A stretch of 64,000 nucleotides of DNA from a virus (lineage: Duplodnaviria > Heunggongvirae > Uroviricota > Caudoviricetes), in the IMG/VR virus record IMGVR_UViG_3300025015_000009, positions 192,001 to 256,000 of that record; one strand, written 5' to 3'. The position numbers and the translations under genes are program-made. The notes under the pieces were generated by a model. That model searched no databases. It was not told the DNA's origin and saw nothing but the letters and a program-made list of their open reading frames with translations. This document shows positions 1 through 8,953 of the stretch, piece by piece. The first letter of the stretch is position 1. Every line of letters starts with the position of its first letter.

Positions 1-1
1 A

Positions 2-88
2 CCAGTTACAGTTACATGTGAACATGAAGATTGTGGTAAAGACTTTAAGATTAGATTAACGTTTGATTATTCAAATTTTTTCGATTGA
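2..88 (+). CDS. C-terminal end of T4 gp26-like baseplate hub assembly protein (partial, runs off window)
   Basis: Frame 2 reads PVTVTCEHEDCGKDFKIRLTFDYSNFFD*. A Cys pair and a terminal NFF are typical of gp26-like proteins. Confidence 0.6.
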   Translation, partial: PVTVTCEHEDCGKDFKIRLTFDYSNFFD

Positions 89-312
89 GGCTTTCCTCAT
101 TGGATCACGATGCTATTCATAAGTACATCGAAAGTCTAGAAAATGAAGCGAAAGCCTTAAAAACAGAACTGCTTAATATGTGTTGGTTTATGCGTGGAGG
201 AATAACGTATGACGAAGCAATGTTATTATCAAATGAAGACAGAAAAATCATAAACGATATAACAAAAGCAAATATAGAAACAGTTAAGAAAACAGGACTC
301 CCCTTGTTATAA
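85..312 (+). CDS. gp51-like baseplate hub assembly protein; probably translated as the -1 frameshift extension of the upstream ORF
   Basis: 75-aa ORF with CWFMRGGITYDEAMLLS..DR..I motif. It has only a TTG start with no Shine-Dalgarno and directly follows T-TTT-TTC at 76-82. Confidence 0.6.
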   Translation: MRLSSLDHDAIHKYIESLENEAKALKTELLNMCWFMRGGITYDEAMLLSNEDRKIINDITKANIETVKKTGLPLL

Positions 313-419
313 CAAAGGGATTTCTTTGTTACATAATCAAATCAAATCAAATCATACAGACGTGGGTATCTATTAAGACATACGATAAGTTATACTTAAC
401 TACAATACATATCGCATTA

Positions 420-960
420 GAAGATGTGTTTCACACATCTGTGTTTATCGCTTTCGCTCTAACACATTTTTCTTCTCTCTACTGTATATAATTGTTTGAT
501 CTACGATAATACACATTACGCTTTAAGAGATATATTTCCGAAAGATTCAGTCATACTTTGCCCAGACACAGGGCAAAGTCATGTGACAAAAAGGGGGTTT
601 TTCCGATGAGTTCCTTTGGGCCATAGTTGTAGCAAGAATATGCGTAATCACACACGGAGGCGGTTAACCTGTACCCCCTTTATCTCTCCTTTGTTCTAGT
701 TTGCTGGCGCGTAGCCGATTGGCATTTCGAATTTAACGGTACTAATTTGCAACCCCTACAACAAGGTTGGATTAGTCAGTGGTTGTATCTTTTTCAACAG
801 AGCCACAATCATTTAACACTCAATAGTGTCTATTTCTTTGGCACTCAAGATCTGTCGGCTACTTTTTCAAGCAAACTCAATGAGGATCGAGGAATCTCGA
901 TCAAACAGGGCCTTAATTAACGGGTCTGAGGGTGTATATTCTAGTTTAGCTCAGTGCATC
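420..960. ncRNA. candidate large structured non-coding RNA or structured replication origin (strand undetermined)
   Basis: No credible ORF. Complementary pairs at 422-429/433-440, 555-563/571-579, 590-598/673-681, 711-718/855-862, 741-746/771-776 with 750-754/766-770, and 885-891/896-902. Confidence 0.5.
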
Positions 961-982
961 GCACTGTCTATGTCAATGGGTG

Positions 983-1013
983 ATAAAGAAACCTACTGCC
1001 CGAAAGCAGTAGG
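983..1013 (-). terminator. intrinsic terminator after the Hc1-like gene
   Basis: Minus strand CCTACTGC-TTTCGG-GCAGTAGG followed by TTTCTTT, about 10 nt after the stop at 1024. Confidence 0.8.
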
Positions 1014-1023
1014 CGATGGCATA

Positions 1024-1221
1024 TTACTTAACAGACATTTGGTTCTTCTTCTCTTGGATCTCCGCGCGGCGAAGCTTGGATAGTTTACCCAAGTCTCCTA
1101 GTGCGGCGCGGGCGCGGGCCGAAGATGCTTTAATACCTTGTGTTTCGAATTTTTCGTGCTCAGCCATATAAACACGGATTGCTTCAAGAATTGCTTGATG
1201 AGTTGATGTTACGTCGTTCAT
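1024..1221 (-). CDS. histone H1-like (Hc1 family) small basic protein
   Basis: 65 aa with EKF..QGIKASSARARAALGDLGKLSKLRRAEIQ, matching the Hc1-type G.KAA..RAR.A...L.KL.K..R pattern. AGGAG Shine-Dalgarno present. Confidence 0.7.
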   Translation of the reverse strand: MNDVTSTHQAILEAIRVYMAEHEKFETQGIKASSARARAALGDLGKLSKLRRAEIQEKKNQMSVK

Positions 1222-1266
1222 GTGTTTCTCCTTAATTATAATAATAGTTATCGTTATATACTGCTA

Positions 1267-3039
1267 CTAATTTATTTCTACCCCAAATGCGAACGAGGAA
1301 AACCCGTTCTCTTTGACTACAGACAAAATGTTGTTAACTCTACTAACCAGTTCGTCTTTGTGGCTAACAAGCCAGATGCTTTTATGATTATCTCTTGCCA
1401 TTTTCTTGAGTATTGCTAATGCGCTTTCAACACCAGCAGAGTCTAACCCAGAATCGATTAGCTCGTCGACGAACAGTAAGTTAATTGGTTGCCACGACGC
1501 TTCCCATACATCACGAAAAGCCCAACTCAACGACAAAATTAGCCGGGTGCGTTCTCCTCTGGATAGATTGTCAAAATCTAAATCACGGCCAAGCTCTGAG
1601 ATGCTAACTGTTAGGTCGTTTTGAAAGATAACTTGATGCGGTAACCCGATACGGTCTAGATATTGGCTTAGTCTTGCGTTTAAGTAGCCGAGGTTTTGAT
1701 CAATAATCCGTTTGCGAACAAACGAGTCTTTGTTTGTTAACAATTTTAATAGGAATTCTTGGTGTTCTTTTAACGTAGTTAACTCGTTTATCTTTTTAAA
1801 GCAGATTTCTTCTAACGCAGTTTCGACCATCTCGTTGATCTGTTCTTCGTACAAATCATGAGCAGAGGTAACAGATGTTATTTGTTGAGAGATGTTTTCT
1901 ATAGTTCCTCGATGTAAAATCGCATCTTCTTCTTTAGAATAAAAAACAGTGGGGCATTGTTCGTCAGGCCCCAACTCCGCTAGGGCAAGTTCTAACGATG
2001 CAATGCTTTTGTTATGTTCGGCTATAGATGCGAGAGCAGTGGTTAATAGTTCTTGCTTACTTTGGAGCAAGTGGGTGTGCGTGTCATCATGAAGTTTTTG
2101 CCCACACGAGTGGCACTGGTGATTAAGCAAAAGAGCCAGTTCTTTATCGAGTCGGGTAACCGCAGTGGTTTCTTTGTCACGCTGCACTTTTTCACGTGAA
2201 ATAGCCATAGATAACTCAGTTGCATCTCGTTTGCGCTGTTGATACAAAACAACCTGTTTGTGGGCAGCAAGCTCAGCATCGATGTCAAGCGTCAGTAGCT
2301 CGTCAAGTGCCACTTGCAAAGATACTACATCGCTGTCTTGCTTTTCTTTCCAAGTAACTTGTTTTCTTTTTAAACTAGCGATCTGATCCTCGATCCTCTT
2401 GTTAGCATCGCCGACTGCCTTTATTCGGTATTCCTCTTGTTGAATAGCATCTTTAGTCTCTTTAACGATTTCTTTAAGAGCATCGGCTTTTTCGCTTAGT
2501 AGTGTTATACCAAGTAGCTGTTCTATTATAGTTCGCTGGTCGTTTGCTTTTAAACTCAAGAATGGCTCAGTGTAGGTATTAAGAGCAACCACGTGTTTAA
2601 ACATGTCGTGGCTCATACCGATCATATGTTCTATTGCACGTTGAGTTTCTCGACTGTCTCCCTGGGCGTCGTTATCCAACTCTTGTTCGCTGTCGCCGAC
2701 CCAGAATCGCATAACGTTCGGCTTTCGACCTCGTTCAATTCTATAAACTGTATTATCTTTCTCGAACTCAACGGTAACTAACATGTTCTTCCCGTTTGTC
2801 CTATTAACTAAGTTATCTTTCTTTATATTAGTTAACGCACTACCGTACAGTGCATAACTGAGTCCGTTTAATGCAGATGTCTTGCCAGTACCATTCCTCG
2901 AGCCCGACCCGTCTCCACCCAGGTCTAAATTTTCACCCAACACTAATGTGATGTCTGTTCGGTCAAAATCGATAGCTTGAGTAACAGCACCAATTGATAG
3001 GAAGTTCTTTAATGTTAGAGTTTTGATCTTAAATGTCAT
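1267..3039 (-). CDS. gp46: recombination endonuclease ATPase subunit (T4 gp46 / SbcC-Rad50 family)
   Basis: Walker A RNGTGKT, coiled coil with CHSC zinc hook, LSRGE signature, Walker B LFVDE, H-loop VSH. Confidence 0.93.
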   Translation of the reverse strand: MTFKIKTLTLKNFLSIGAVTQAIDFDRTDITLVLGENLDLGGDGSGSRNGTGKTSALNGLSYALYGSALTNIKKDNLVNRTNGKNMLVTVEFEKDNTVYRIERGRKPNVMRFWVGDSEQELDNDAQGDSRETQRAIEHMIGMSHDMFKHVVALNTYTEPFLSLKANDQRTIIEQLLGITLLSEKADALKEIVKETKDAIQQEEYRIKAVGDANKRIEDQIASLKRKQVTWKEKQDSDVVSLQVALDELLTLDIDAELAAHKQVVLYQQRKRDATELSMAISREKVQRDKETTAVTRLDKELALLLNHQCHSCGQKLHDDTHTHLLQSKQELLTTALASIAEHNKSIASLELALAELGPDEQCPTVFYSKEEDAILHRGTIENISQQITSVTSAHDLYEEQINEMVETALEEICFKKINELTTLKEHQEFLLKLLTNKDSFVRKRIIDQNLGYLNARLSQYLDRIGLPHQVIFQNDLTVSISELGRDLDFDNLSRGERTRLILSLSWAFRDVWEASWQPINLLFVDELIDSGLDSAGVESALAILKKMARDNHKSIWLVSHKDELVSRVNNILSVVKENGFSSFAFGVEIN

Positions 3040-3053
3040 AGGCAGTTAGCAAG

Positions 3054-4070
3054 TTATATACTACGGTAAATTTCCAACAACATCTTTGGATCATATGTGC
3101 TAGTGTCCAGCCCGTTTATACTAGCCGATACAATCTGATCAACAGACTCGAACTGGATCTGCCCTACGTTGTCATACTGGCTAACATCGCTTGTTTTTGC
3201 AGGAATTAGTGCGATTTCTCTGAGGTTATATGTGGTAACGAATGTTTCTTTAATGAAGTTTGCCTCTTCGTAGCTAATGTCTATATCTAGGTTTACACGA
3301 GTATGCATTCCGGGTAATAGTATTTTTTCGGGGTCGGTTAATACATCGCTTAACTTATGAACGCGGTATCGAGGTTGCTCTGCCCAGGTGTGGTATACTG
3401 GGGCAGATCCCCATTCAAGGGTTACACATCCTCGTGCATCATCACCTGCATCGGCATAGCTGTGAGGAAAACAATTTCCTATGTACGATATATTCTTGTT
3501 GGTTTGCCGCTTGTGAAAGTGGCCACTGAACACATGCCCGATGTGTTCAAGGTGTTCCCGTTGAATCTCGCCGTGATCGGGCATTTGAACCATTGCATTC
3601 ATATAAAAATGTGGCAATTCAAAGTGACCGAACATATAATCGGCTTTGATCTTACGCAAACGAGAGTGTTCATCTTTAACTAACCACGGAACTATACTTA
3701 CATTCTCATCTTGAAAGAAGTCGTTTACGATTATGATATTTGGTATGTGTTTTGCCCATTCGGCACTTTGCACGTCTCGTTTGTCTCTGTAGAAGAGATC
3801 GTGGTTCCCAGGAATAAAAAATACTCGTTCGAAGTTCTTACTAAGATGTTCTAAACACTTAATCGAGTAGTTTAAGGTTACTATGTTAATTGATGCTCGA
3901 TTATTATGAAAGTCACCTAAGAAGAAACACGTATCGCATCCTTCTTTTTTTGCTGTCTCAGTAAGCCATTGGATGTAATTCCAACAGTCATTGAGATGTA
4001 CGCTGCTGTTTGATTTTAATCCCAGGTGCAAGTCTCCGAACAAACAGGATTTTTTAAAAAGATTACTCAT
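3054..4070 (-). CDS. gp47: recombination endonuclease nuclease subunit (T4 gp47 / SbcD-Mre11 family)
   Basis: Metallophosphoesterase motifs GDLHLG, LGDFH, PGNHD, GHFE and SGHFH; adjacent to gp46. Confidence 0.93.
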   Translation of the reverse strand: MSNLFKKSCLFGDLHLGLKSNSSVHLNDCWNYIQWLTETAKKEGCDTCFFLGDFHNNRASINIVTLNYSIKCLEHLSKNFERVFFIPGNHDLFYRDKRDVQSAEWAKHIPNIIIVNDFFQDENVSIVPWLVKDEHSRLRKIKADYMFGHFELPHFYMNAMVQMPDHGEIQREHLEHIGHVFSGHFHKRQTNKNISYIGNCFPHSYADAGDDARGCVTLEWGSAPVYHTWAEQPRYRVHKLSDVLTDPEKILLPGMHTRVNLDIDISYEEANFIKETFVTTYNLREIALIPAKTSDVSQYDNVGQIQFESVDQIVSASINGLDTSTYDPKMLLEIYRSI

Positions 4071-4101
4071 TGGTTAGAATAGAAGTGAAGTACATCGTAT
4101 A

Positions 4102-4130
4102 AGTATATATCTTTTGTCTAGTGGTTGCAA
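4102..4130 (-). promoter_or_regulatory. sigma70-type promoter for gp47-gp46
   Basis: TTGCAA-17nt-TATACT on the minus strand, about 30 nt upstream of gp47. Confidence 0.55.
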
Positions 4131-4141
4131 GTAACATTTTA

Positions 4142-5752
4142 TCAAACAGCTACCCAGATAAAAACCTTATTACCGCAGTCCCATATTCTATCCCATTTGT
4201 TATTTTGCATATTCTGCCATTCAGACAAGTGCGCATCGAACGTACTAAGTTGTTTTTTTAATTTGTGTTTTTGGAATTTTTGTCTAGAATAAAACGTACA
4301 ATAGTCGTGAGTATAAAAGTAATTCGGATTACTCTGATGTGAAAACACGAACCCTAGTTTTTGGTACATATTTCCGCGAGTATTTGATATGTCACTATAC
4401 GACACAATAGAGGCTGGCGCGTATTCAACAACAAACATACTGAATAGTTTACTCGCGCCGCCGACAACTGTATGGTTGATTTTGTTTGCAAAACGAATCA
4501 ATTCCCATTCGGCAGTTTTTCCAAAGCGGCACTTTGCAAATGTCATAACCGCTAATAACTCATTATTTAAAAACAAACCATAACAAGCCGTTGCAGCCGA
4601 AGTACACCCGTGCAAGTGATTTTTATTTAAAAATATATCGGCTTCGCTTTTGGTTATGCGTTTTCCTGTGCATTTTCTAGCAAATATGCGAGTAGCACAG
4701 TTAAATACACTGGTGAGCATCGACTTAACAACATCGGTTCTGTTGGTCCAATGGTGTTCCCATATGTGTATTAGTTGAATATTTTGTTTAGCACATTCTG
4801 TGCTTTTTTGTGAATGATAAAATTTAGTTCGACCATTTAACTCAGAATGCCAGTATGATCCGTTACACTCGATTGCTAACTTAATGTCTGGGAAAAACAA
4901 ATCTAGTTGTTTTGTTTTTAAAATAGACCTGTCGTTAGTAATACACAGGCCGTTGTACAATGTTTGAATAAATTGATGTACGTCTATTTCTAAGTTACTC
5001 TGTGACTTCTTAGTCAGTAGTATGCCTGCATCTTTTATTGCACTATACACCGGGTTAGTAGATACGTTGTATTTTTTTGCAATTTCGAGCACAGTCATTG
5101 TTTTACACAGCTCGTCCAATTGAGTTGAATCAGCTAACACCTGTTTAAATTCAGTGGAGTAATGTGCTTGTTTTTGATTATCGACTCCGAATTGTTGTTG
5201 GTTGGTCGCTCGTATCTTAGATAAGATACCCTCCGATAAAAACGGGTTACTAACACCGTATTTGGTTATAAAATAAGCCGCAACTTTGTCTTTAACTTCT
5301 TTGCTCTGAGCAGCACTCTCAACCCCGTACTTCCTGATGCTTGTTTCTTTAACGCGAGCAGTGTGGTCGACGGTTTTGCTGTAATGGTCAACACCAAACC
5401 GCCGCAAACTTGTTTGTTTTACTTTTGCTGCCCAGTCGGTTGTCTGAGAATGCCATTCAACTCCAATTGTAGATAAATTGTGTTTCTTTTTTTCAACAAC
5501 TGTTGCCCTCGCTGTACACCGCTTAGAACAATATTTGCGATATTCCCTACGGTCAGAATGCCAAGCTAAGTTTTCCCCACATGTGCAAGTGGGTATGGCA
5601 GCGAGGGCTGTTGTATAATGGTATAATAGTTGCCGGGGGTTGTTAATTCCGAGCAAGACGTATGGCTGTATATCTAACCATAATACAGATTTTTGTAAAT
5701 CTACTATGGTTAGATATTTCTTTGCTACTAATTCACTACTCGCTGTCACCAT
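4142..5752 (-). CDS. free-standing homing-endonuclease-like protein (Zn finger, KYGV repeats, Vsr/PD-(D/E)xK-like nuclease, GNAT-like C-terminus)
   Basis: CTC..YCSKRC; repeats such as KETSIRKYGV; LDLFFPDIKLAIECNGSYWHS; WELIRFA..VGGASKLF..IVSYSD..RIWDCG. Start uncertain (5752 or 5797). Confidence 0.7.
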   Translation of the reverse strand: MVTASSELVAKKYLTIVDLQKSVLWLDIQPYVLLGINNPRQLLYHYTTALAAIPTCTCGENLAWHSDRREYRKYCSKRCTARATVVEKKKHNLSTIGVEWHSQTTDWAAKVKQTSLRRFGVDHYSKTVDHTARVKETSIRKYGVESAAQSKEVKDKVAAYFITKYGVSNPFLSEGILSKIRATNQQQFGVDNQKQAHYSTEFKQVLADSTQLDELCKTMTVLEIAKKYNVSTNPVYSAIKDAGILLTKKSQSNLEIDVHQFIQTLYNGLCITNDRSILKTKQLDLFFPDIKLAIECNGSYWHSELNGRTKFYHSQKSTECAKQNIQLIHIWEHHWTNRTDVVKSMLTSVFNCATRIFARKCTGKRITKSEADIFLNKNHLHGCTSAATACYGLFLNNELLAVMTFAKCRFGKTAEWELIRFANKINHTVVGGASKLFSMFVVEYAPASIVSYSDISNTRGNMYQKLGFVFSHQSNPNYFYTHDYCTFYSRQKFQKHKLKKQLSTFDAHLSEWQNMQNNKWDRIWDCGNKVFIWVAV

Positions 5753-7574
5753 CACTGTTGCTACAGCTATTTTGTCTTGTGTATGAGGGGTTAACATTGT
5801 TCATCTCCAATATGTCATCTCTTATATTTTGATTCTTCTTTTCTATATTTAGCACACGAGTAAAAGAATTTGTTATAACAGCCGTATAATATGCAAATGG
5901 GTTCTGAGACTTACTTTCGTCAAATTGCAATCCAATTTGAGCTAGTTGTAGTAACGCCTGGGATCTCATTTCGTCGTTGTAAGTGTTACCGGTAATGTAT
6001 ACCATCCCGTTTCTTTTAGCAACAAAGCAGCCGAATTCTGTTTCAGGACACCAAACCTGACCTTTGTATAGAATCGTCGGTTCGTTTAGACGGGTTGTTC
6101 CGTCTGCGCGCGTTTGATTAGTTCCTTTTCCACCGTAAAAGTTAATATCAGAGCAGCGAACGGTTGAATCGGCAGTCGGTGAAATAATAACAGTGTGATG
6201 TGAGCTGAGTTTGTCAAGTGGTGTGTGTTTGAACGATGCAACTGCTTTTGTTTTAACCCCAGTTACAGCACAGAGTGCTTGGAACATATTGATTACATCT
6301 ATGTTTTTGTGTGTAAGTTTTTGAGTACCGTTACACATAACATTAATGAGCAGCATTCGTTGAGAGGTAGTCAGCGTGGATATAAACTCCATTGTTAGAT
6401 TCTTCCCAGGGAACAGTTCGACTAGTTTGCTTGACGATGCCTCTGATAATAAAAAGTCAGTTAGTTTGCCTGATCCGGTAACAATTGACTCTGAGAATGA
6501 ATAGCTAAGTTCGGTTAAACATGCGCGGACCCTGTCTGTTAGATCAGGACGAATTCGAAGAGAAACAAGTTTGTTCGAACTAGCAGATATGGTACATTGC
6601 CCAAACATTACCATCCATCCTGCTAATGTGACAAAAGGTGCATTGTGTATCTCAGTGCTATTTCCTTTTTCTGCTATTCCCATTGTTACTATTCGATCAG
6701 AATCTGTTAAGTCGTCAACTTTAATTAATCCGGATTGTGTTACAAATTTGTGTTCTGGAGTAACTAATGCATCAATTCCACGCCCGCGTAAGTGAAACAT
6801 AGAACCGTCAAACTCGCCCCGGTAAATTGATTTAATACTGGACCAGGTCAGCATACCGTTTGTGTACGATAGTATAGTGTCTTGCTCGGTTATCTGATCA
6901 ACCGAAAGCCACCCTCGTTGAGTTAACGCAGTAGTTCTAGGATCAACACAGTACCCACGCCAGTTAGACCTAGTTGCATATCGTTCGCATAACTTCATAT
7001 ACATAGTTGCAAGGGTATTTGTTACTTGCCCGTGTTCTTTACTAAACTGTCCGTCAGCACTGTTGCCTGTCCAATGGCTCCGTCCGATACAAACAGGGTT
7101 GTTGTTTTCGTCTAGCTTGTAATGACAAAACGGCGGGAAGTTAACTTTTGTGTATTTTGCTGGTTTTGTGATCTCAATAATGTCGTCTATCGAATCGTAC
7201 TCGGTTACCGGCTCAAATAGTTCGTTGGAATTGAATTTCTTACCTTTACTAACACTCTCTGCTAGTGGAATATGTTCCCACGTCATCACTCTAAACACTA
7301 AATCTTCGGTTTTGATGTCATCTACAGACACTGCAACGTCGTCGGCTTTAACCTTAACCCCACCGGCAGCGTGTTGTTCAACCGCATCTTTTGTTAGCCT
7401 CTCGGCTTTGTTCTGTTTTGCTTGGTCGATATGAGACACCAAATCGATAGTGCTACTCAAGATTATGTCGTAGCTCGATGAGCTATTATCAAAGCTACAA
7501 TAAGATGATTTGCTCTTATGGATTTCCTTAAGTATGTCTTTGTTGTTTAAGTAGTTGACTGTTTTCCTTGCCAT
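5736..7574 (-). CDS. gp55: late-transcription sigma factor (T4 gp55-like), intein-containing precursor; spliced product about 290 aa
   Basis: NYLNNKDILKEI N-terminus; RSNWRGY/TYNDEM and FDESKSQNPFAYYT..ITNSFTRVLNIEKK are gp55-type motifs; located beside gp47/gp46 as in T4-like phages. Confidence 0.85.
   Translation of the reverse strand: MARKTVNYLNNKDILKEIHKSKSSYCSFDNSSSSYDIILSSTIDLVSHIDQAKQNKAERLTKDAVEQHAAGGVKVKADDVAVSVDDIKTEDLVFRVMTWEHIPLAESVSKGKKFNSNELFEPVTEYDSIDDIIEITKPAKYTKVNFPPFCHYKLDENNNPVCIGRSHWTGNSADGQFSKEHGQVTNTLATMYMKLCERYATRSNWRGYCVDPRTTALTQRGWLSVDQITEQDTILSYTNGMLTWSSIKSIYRGEFDGSMFHLRGRGIDALVTPEHKFVTQSGLIKVDDLTDSDRIVTMGIAEKGNSTEIHNAPFVTLAGWMVMFGQCTISASSNKLVSLRIRPDLTDRVRACLTELSYSFSESIVTGSGKLTDFLLSEASSSKLVELFPGKNLTMEFISTLTTSQRMLLINVMCNGTQKLTHKNIDVINMFQALCAVTGVKTKAVASFKHTPLDKLSSHHTVIISPTADSTVRCSDINFYGGKGTNQTRADGTTRLNEPTILYKGQVWCPETEFGCFVAKRNGMVYITGNTYNDEMRSQALLQLAQIGLQFDESKSQNPFAYYTAVITNSFTRVLNIEKKNQNIRDDILEMNNVNPSYTRQNSCSNSDGDSE
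5985..6950 (-). mobile_element. intein (322 aa) with degenerate LAGLIDADG-like region
   Basis: Block A CVDPRTTALTQRGW, block B LVTPEHKF, block F VWCPET, block G YITGN followed by Thr+1. Removal restores WRGY-TYNDEM. Confidence 0.92.
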
Positions 7575-7599
7575 GTGTTGCTCCTATTAAATATACTAC

Positions 7600-7628
7600 A
7601 TTTTACACAGATAAATATAAAAATACAA
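7600..7628 (-). promoter_or_regulatory. sigma70-type promoter of the late sigma gene
   Basis: TTGTAT-17nt-TAAAAT on the minus strand, upstream of AGGAG and the ATG at 7574. Confidence 0.5.
7612..7617 (+). promoter_or_regulatory. late promoter TAAATA (also at 12744, 16185, 29657, 30430, 32997, 42370, 52963 on plus and 49486 on minus)
   Basis: TAAATA recurs in intergenic DNA just before structural genes, like the T4 gp55-dependent TATAAATA late promoter. Confidence 0.7.
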
Positions 7629-7700
7629 GATATATTTATTTCTAGTTGCATTTTATTCTACGGAACAATATGATTTTCTTTACTTTACAGGCACAACAAA

Positions 7701-8642
7701 ATGGGACTATTTGACGGAACATTCACGAGTTTGTCTAATGCAGCGTCAGCGTTTCAAGACGTAGCACCGTTGCAAACAGTTGTATCGGGTATATCGTCTG
7801 TTAATCAACAGATTAATACTGCGGTAATGGGAGTAAACGGAATCCCAGGCCAAGTAGGCGCCTCTGTGTCAAATAGCACAAGCTTCTTAGGAAATGCGGC
7901 ATCAGCAGCATTGGGTGCAATTGCTGCGGCCGGGACGCAAAGTTTAGTCAACGAAGCCTGGCAAGTACTGTCGGATGCAATTGACCCGGCTTCCGCCAGA
8001 ATATCATCATCAGGTGCATCGGCTAGTGCAAATGCAGGAAAAGCAACAGTGTATAGGTTCACTAGTGCCGGTGCCGGCGGTGCAAACGGGTTAGGTGGCA
8101 TGGGTGGTGGTGCAACCCCATCCTGGGCAGTCACAATCACCGGACCGGCAGTAGGAGGAGTAGGAAAAGTAACATTCCCGTATTTGCCGTCAGTGACGTC
8201 ATCGTTCAAAGCAAATTATTCGGCACAGCGATTGACACATAACAACTACGGGTCGTATGCATATGAGAGCAGTGAAGTATCTGAAATTCAAATAACAGGT
8301 GACTTCAGTGTGCAAACTGATGCAGAAGCCGCTGCACTAATGGGAGCAGTTGCGTTCTTTAGAGCAGCGACCAAAATGTTCTATGGTGCAGACGGTAATG
8401 CGGGTTGTCCGCCTCCGTTAGTAAAACTAAATGGGTATAACGGATATTTCAACAACGTACTTTGTGCAGTAACTAACTTCTCACATTCGTTGCCTCCAGA
8501 AGTTGATTATGCAGGAAGTGCAGAAAAACTGCCTACGCTAAGTAGTCTTACAGTAACACTCCAACCTGTTTACAGTAGGCAATACGTTGCTAGTAGCTTC
8601 AGTCATGCTGCGGTAGCTGGTGGCAACTCGGATTTTATCTAA
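7701..8642 (+). CDS. baseplate/tail-tube junction protein (gp48/gp54-like)
   Basis: FPYLPSV..ANYS..THNNY..YESSEVSEIQITGDF and PPPLVKLNGY tube-fold pattern; first gene of the baseplate operon. Confidence 0.55.
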   Translation: MGLFDGTFTSLSNAASAFQDVAPLQTVVSGISSVNQQINTAVMGVNGIPGQVGASVSNSTSFLGNAASAALGAIAAAGTQSLVNEAWQVLSDAIDPASARISSSGASASANAGKATVYRFTSAGAGGANGLGGMGGGATPSWAVTITGPAVGGVGKVTFPYLPSVTSSFKANYSAQRLTHNNYGSYAYESSEVSEIQITGDFSVQTDAEAAALMGAVAFFRAATKMFYGADGNAGCPPPLVKLNGYNGYFNNVLCAVTNFSHSLPPEVDYAGSAEKLPTLSSLTVTLQPVYSRQYVASSFSHAAVAGGNSDFI

Positions 8643-8643
8643 T

Positions 8644-8952
8644 ATGGCAAATAATCCTTATTTTTCACCACAGAGCATGTACTACAATACCACAACATCT
8701 GGAGTTTTCTTAGACGTAGCGACATTGCGAGACATACCAAAAGACCAAACAGACAACGTGTTTACAATAGATGCAACATACAATTTACGTCCAGACCTGC
8801 TTTCGTTTGATTTATATGGCACGTCGGCACTGTGGTGGGTATTTGCAATGAGAAATCCAGACACCCTTAAAGATCCGTTGTTCGATTTCCGCACAGGGAC
8901 TGTGATTTATATCCCCAGTAAATATAACATCTCACAACGGTTAGGCATATAG
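8644..8952 (+). CDS. gp53: baseplate wedge protein, LysM-like (T4 gp53-like)
   Basis: RPDLLSFDLYGTSALWWVFAMRN motif; ATG at 8644 follows the upstream stop. Confidence 0.8.
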   Translation: MANNPYFSPQSMYYNTTTSGVFLDVATLRDIPKDQTDNVFTIDATYNLRPDLLSFDLYGTSALWWVFAMRNPDTLKDPLFDFRTGTVIYIPSKYNISQRLGI

Positions 8953-8953
8953 A

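Noticed and set aside
940-1015. tRNA-like start TTAGCTCAGT
   Set aside because: No T-arm GTTC motif, acceptor stem or CCA end; the downstream hairpin is a minus-strand terminator.
826-1083. 85-aa plus-strand ORF in the non-coding island
   Set aside because: No Shine-Dalgarno, runs through a terminator hairpin and overlaps the Hc1 gene on the other strand; likely spurious.
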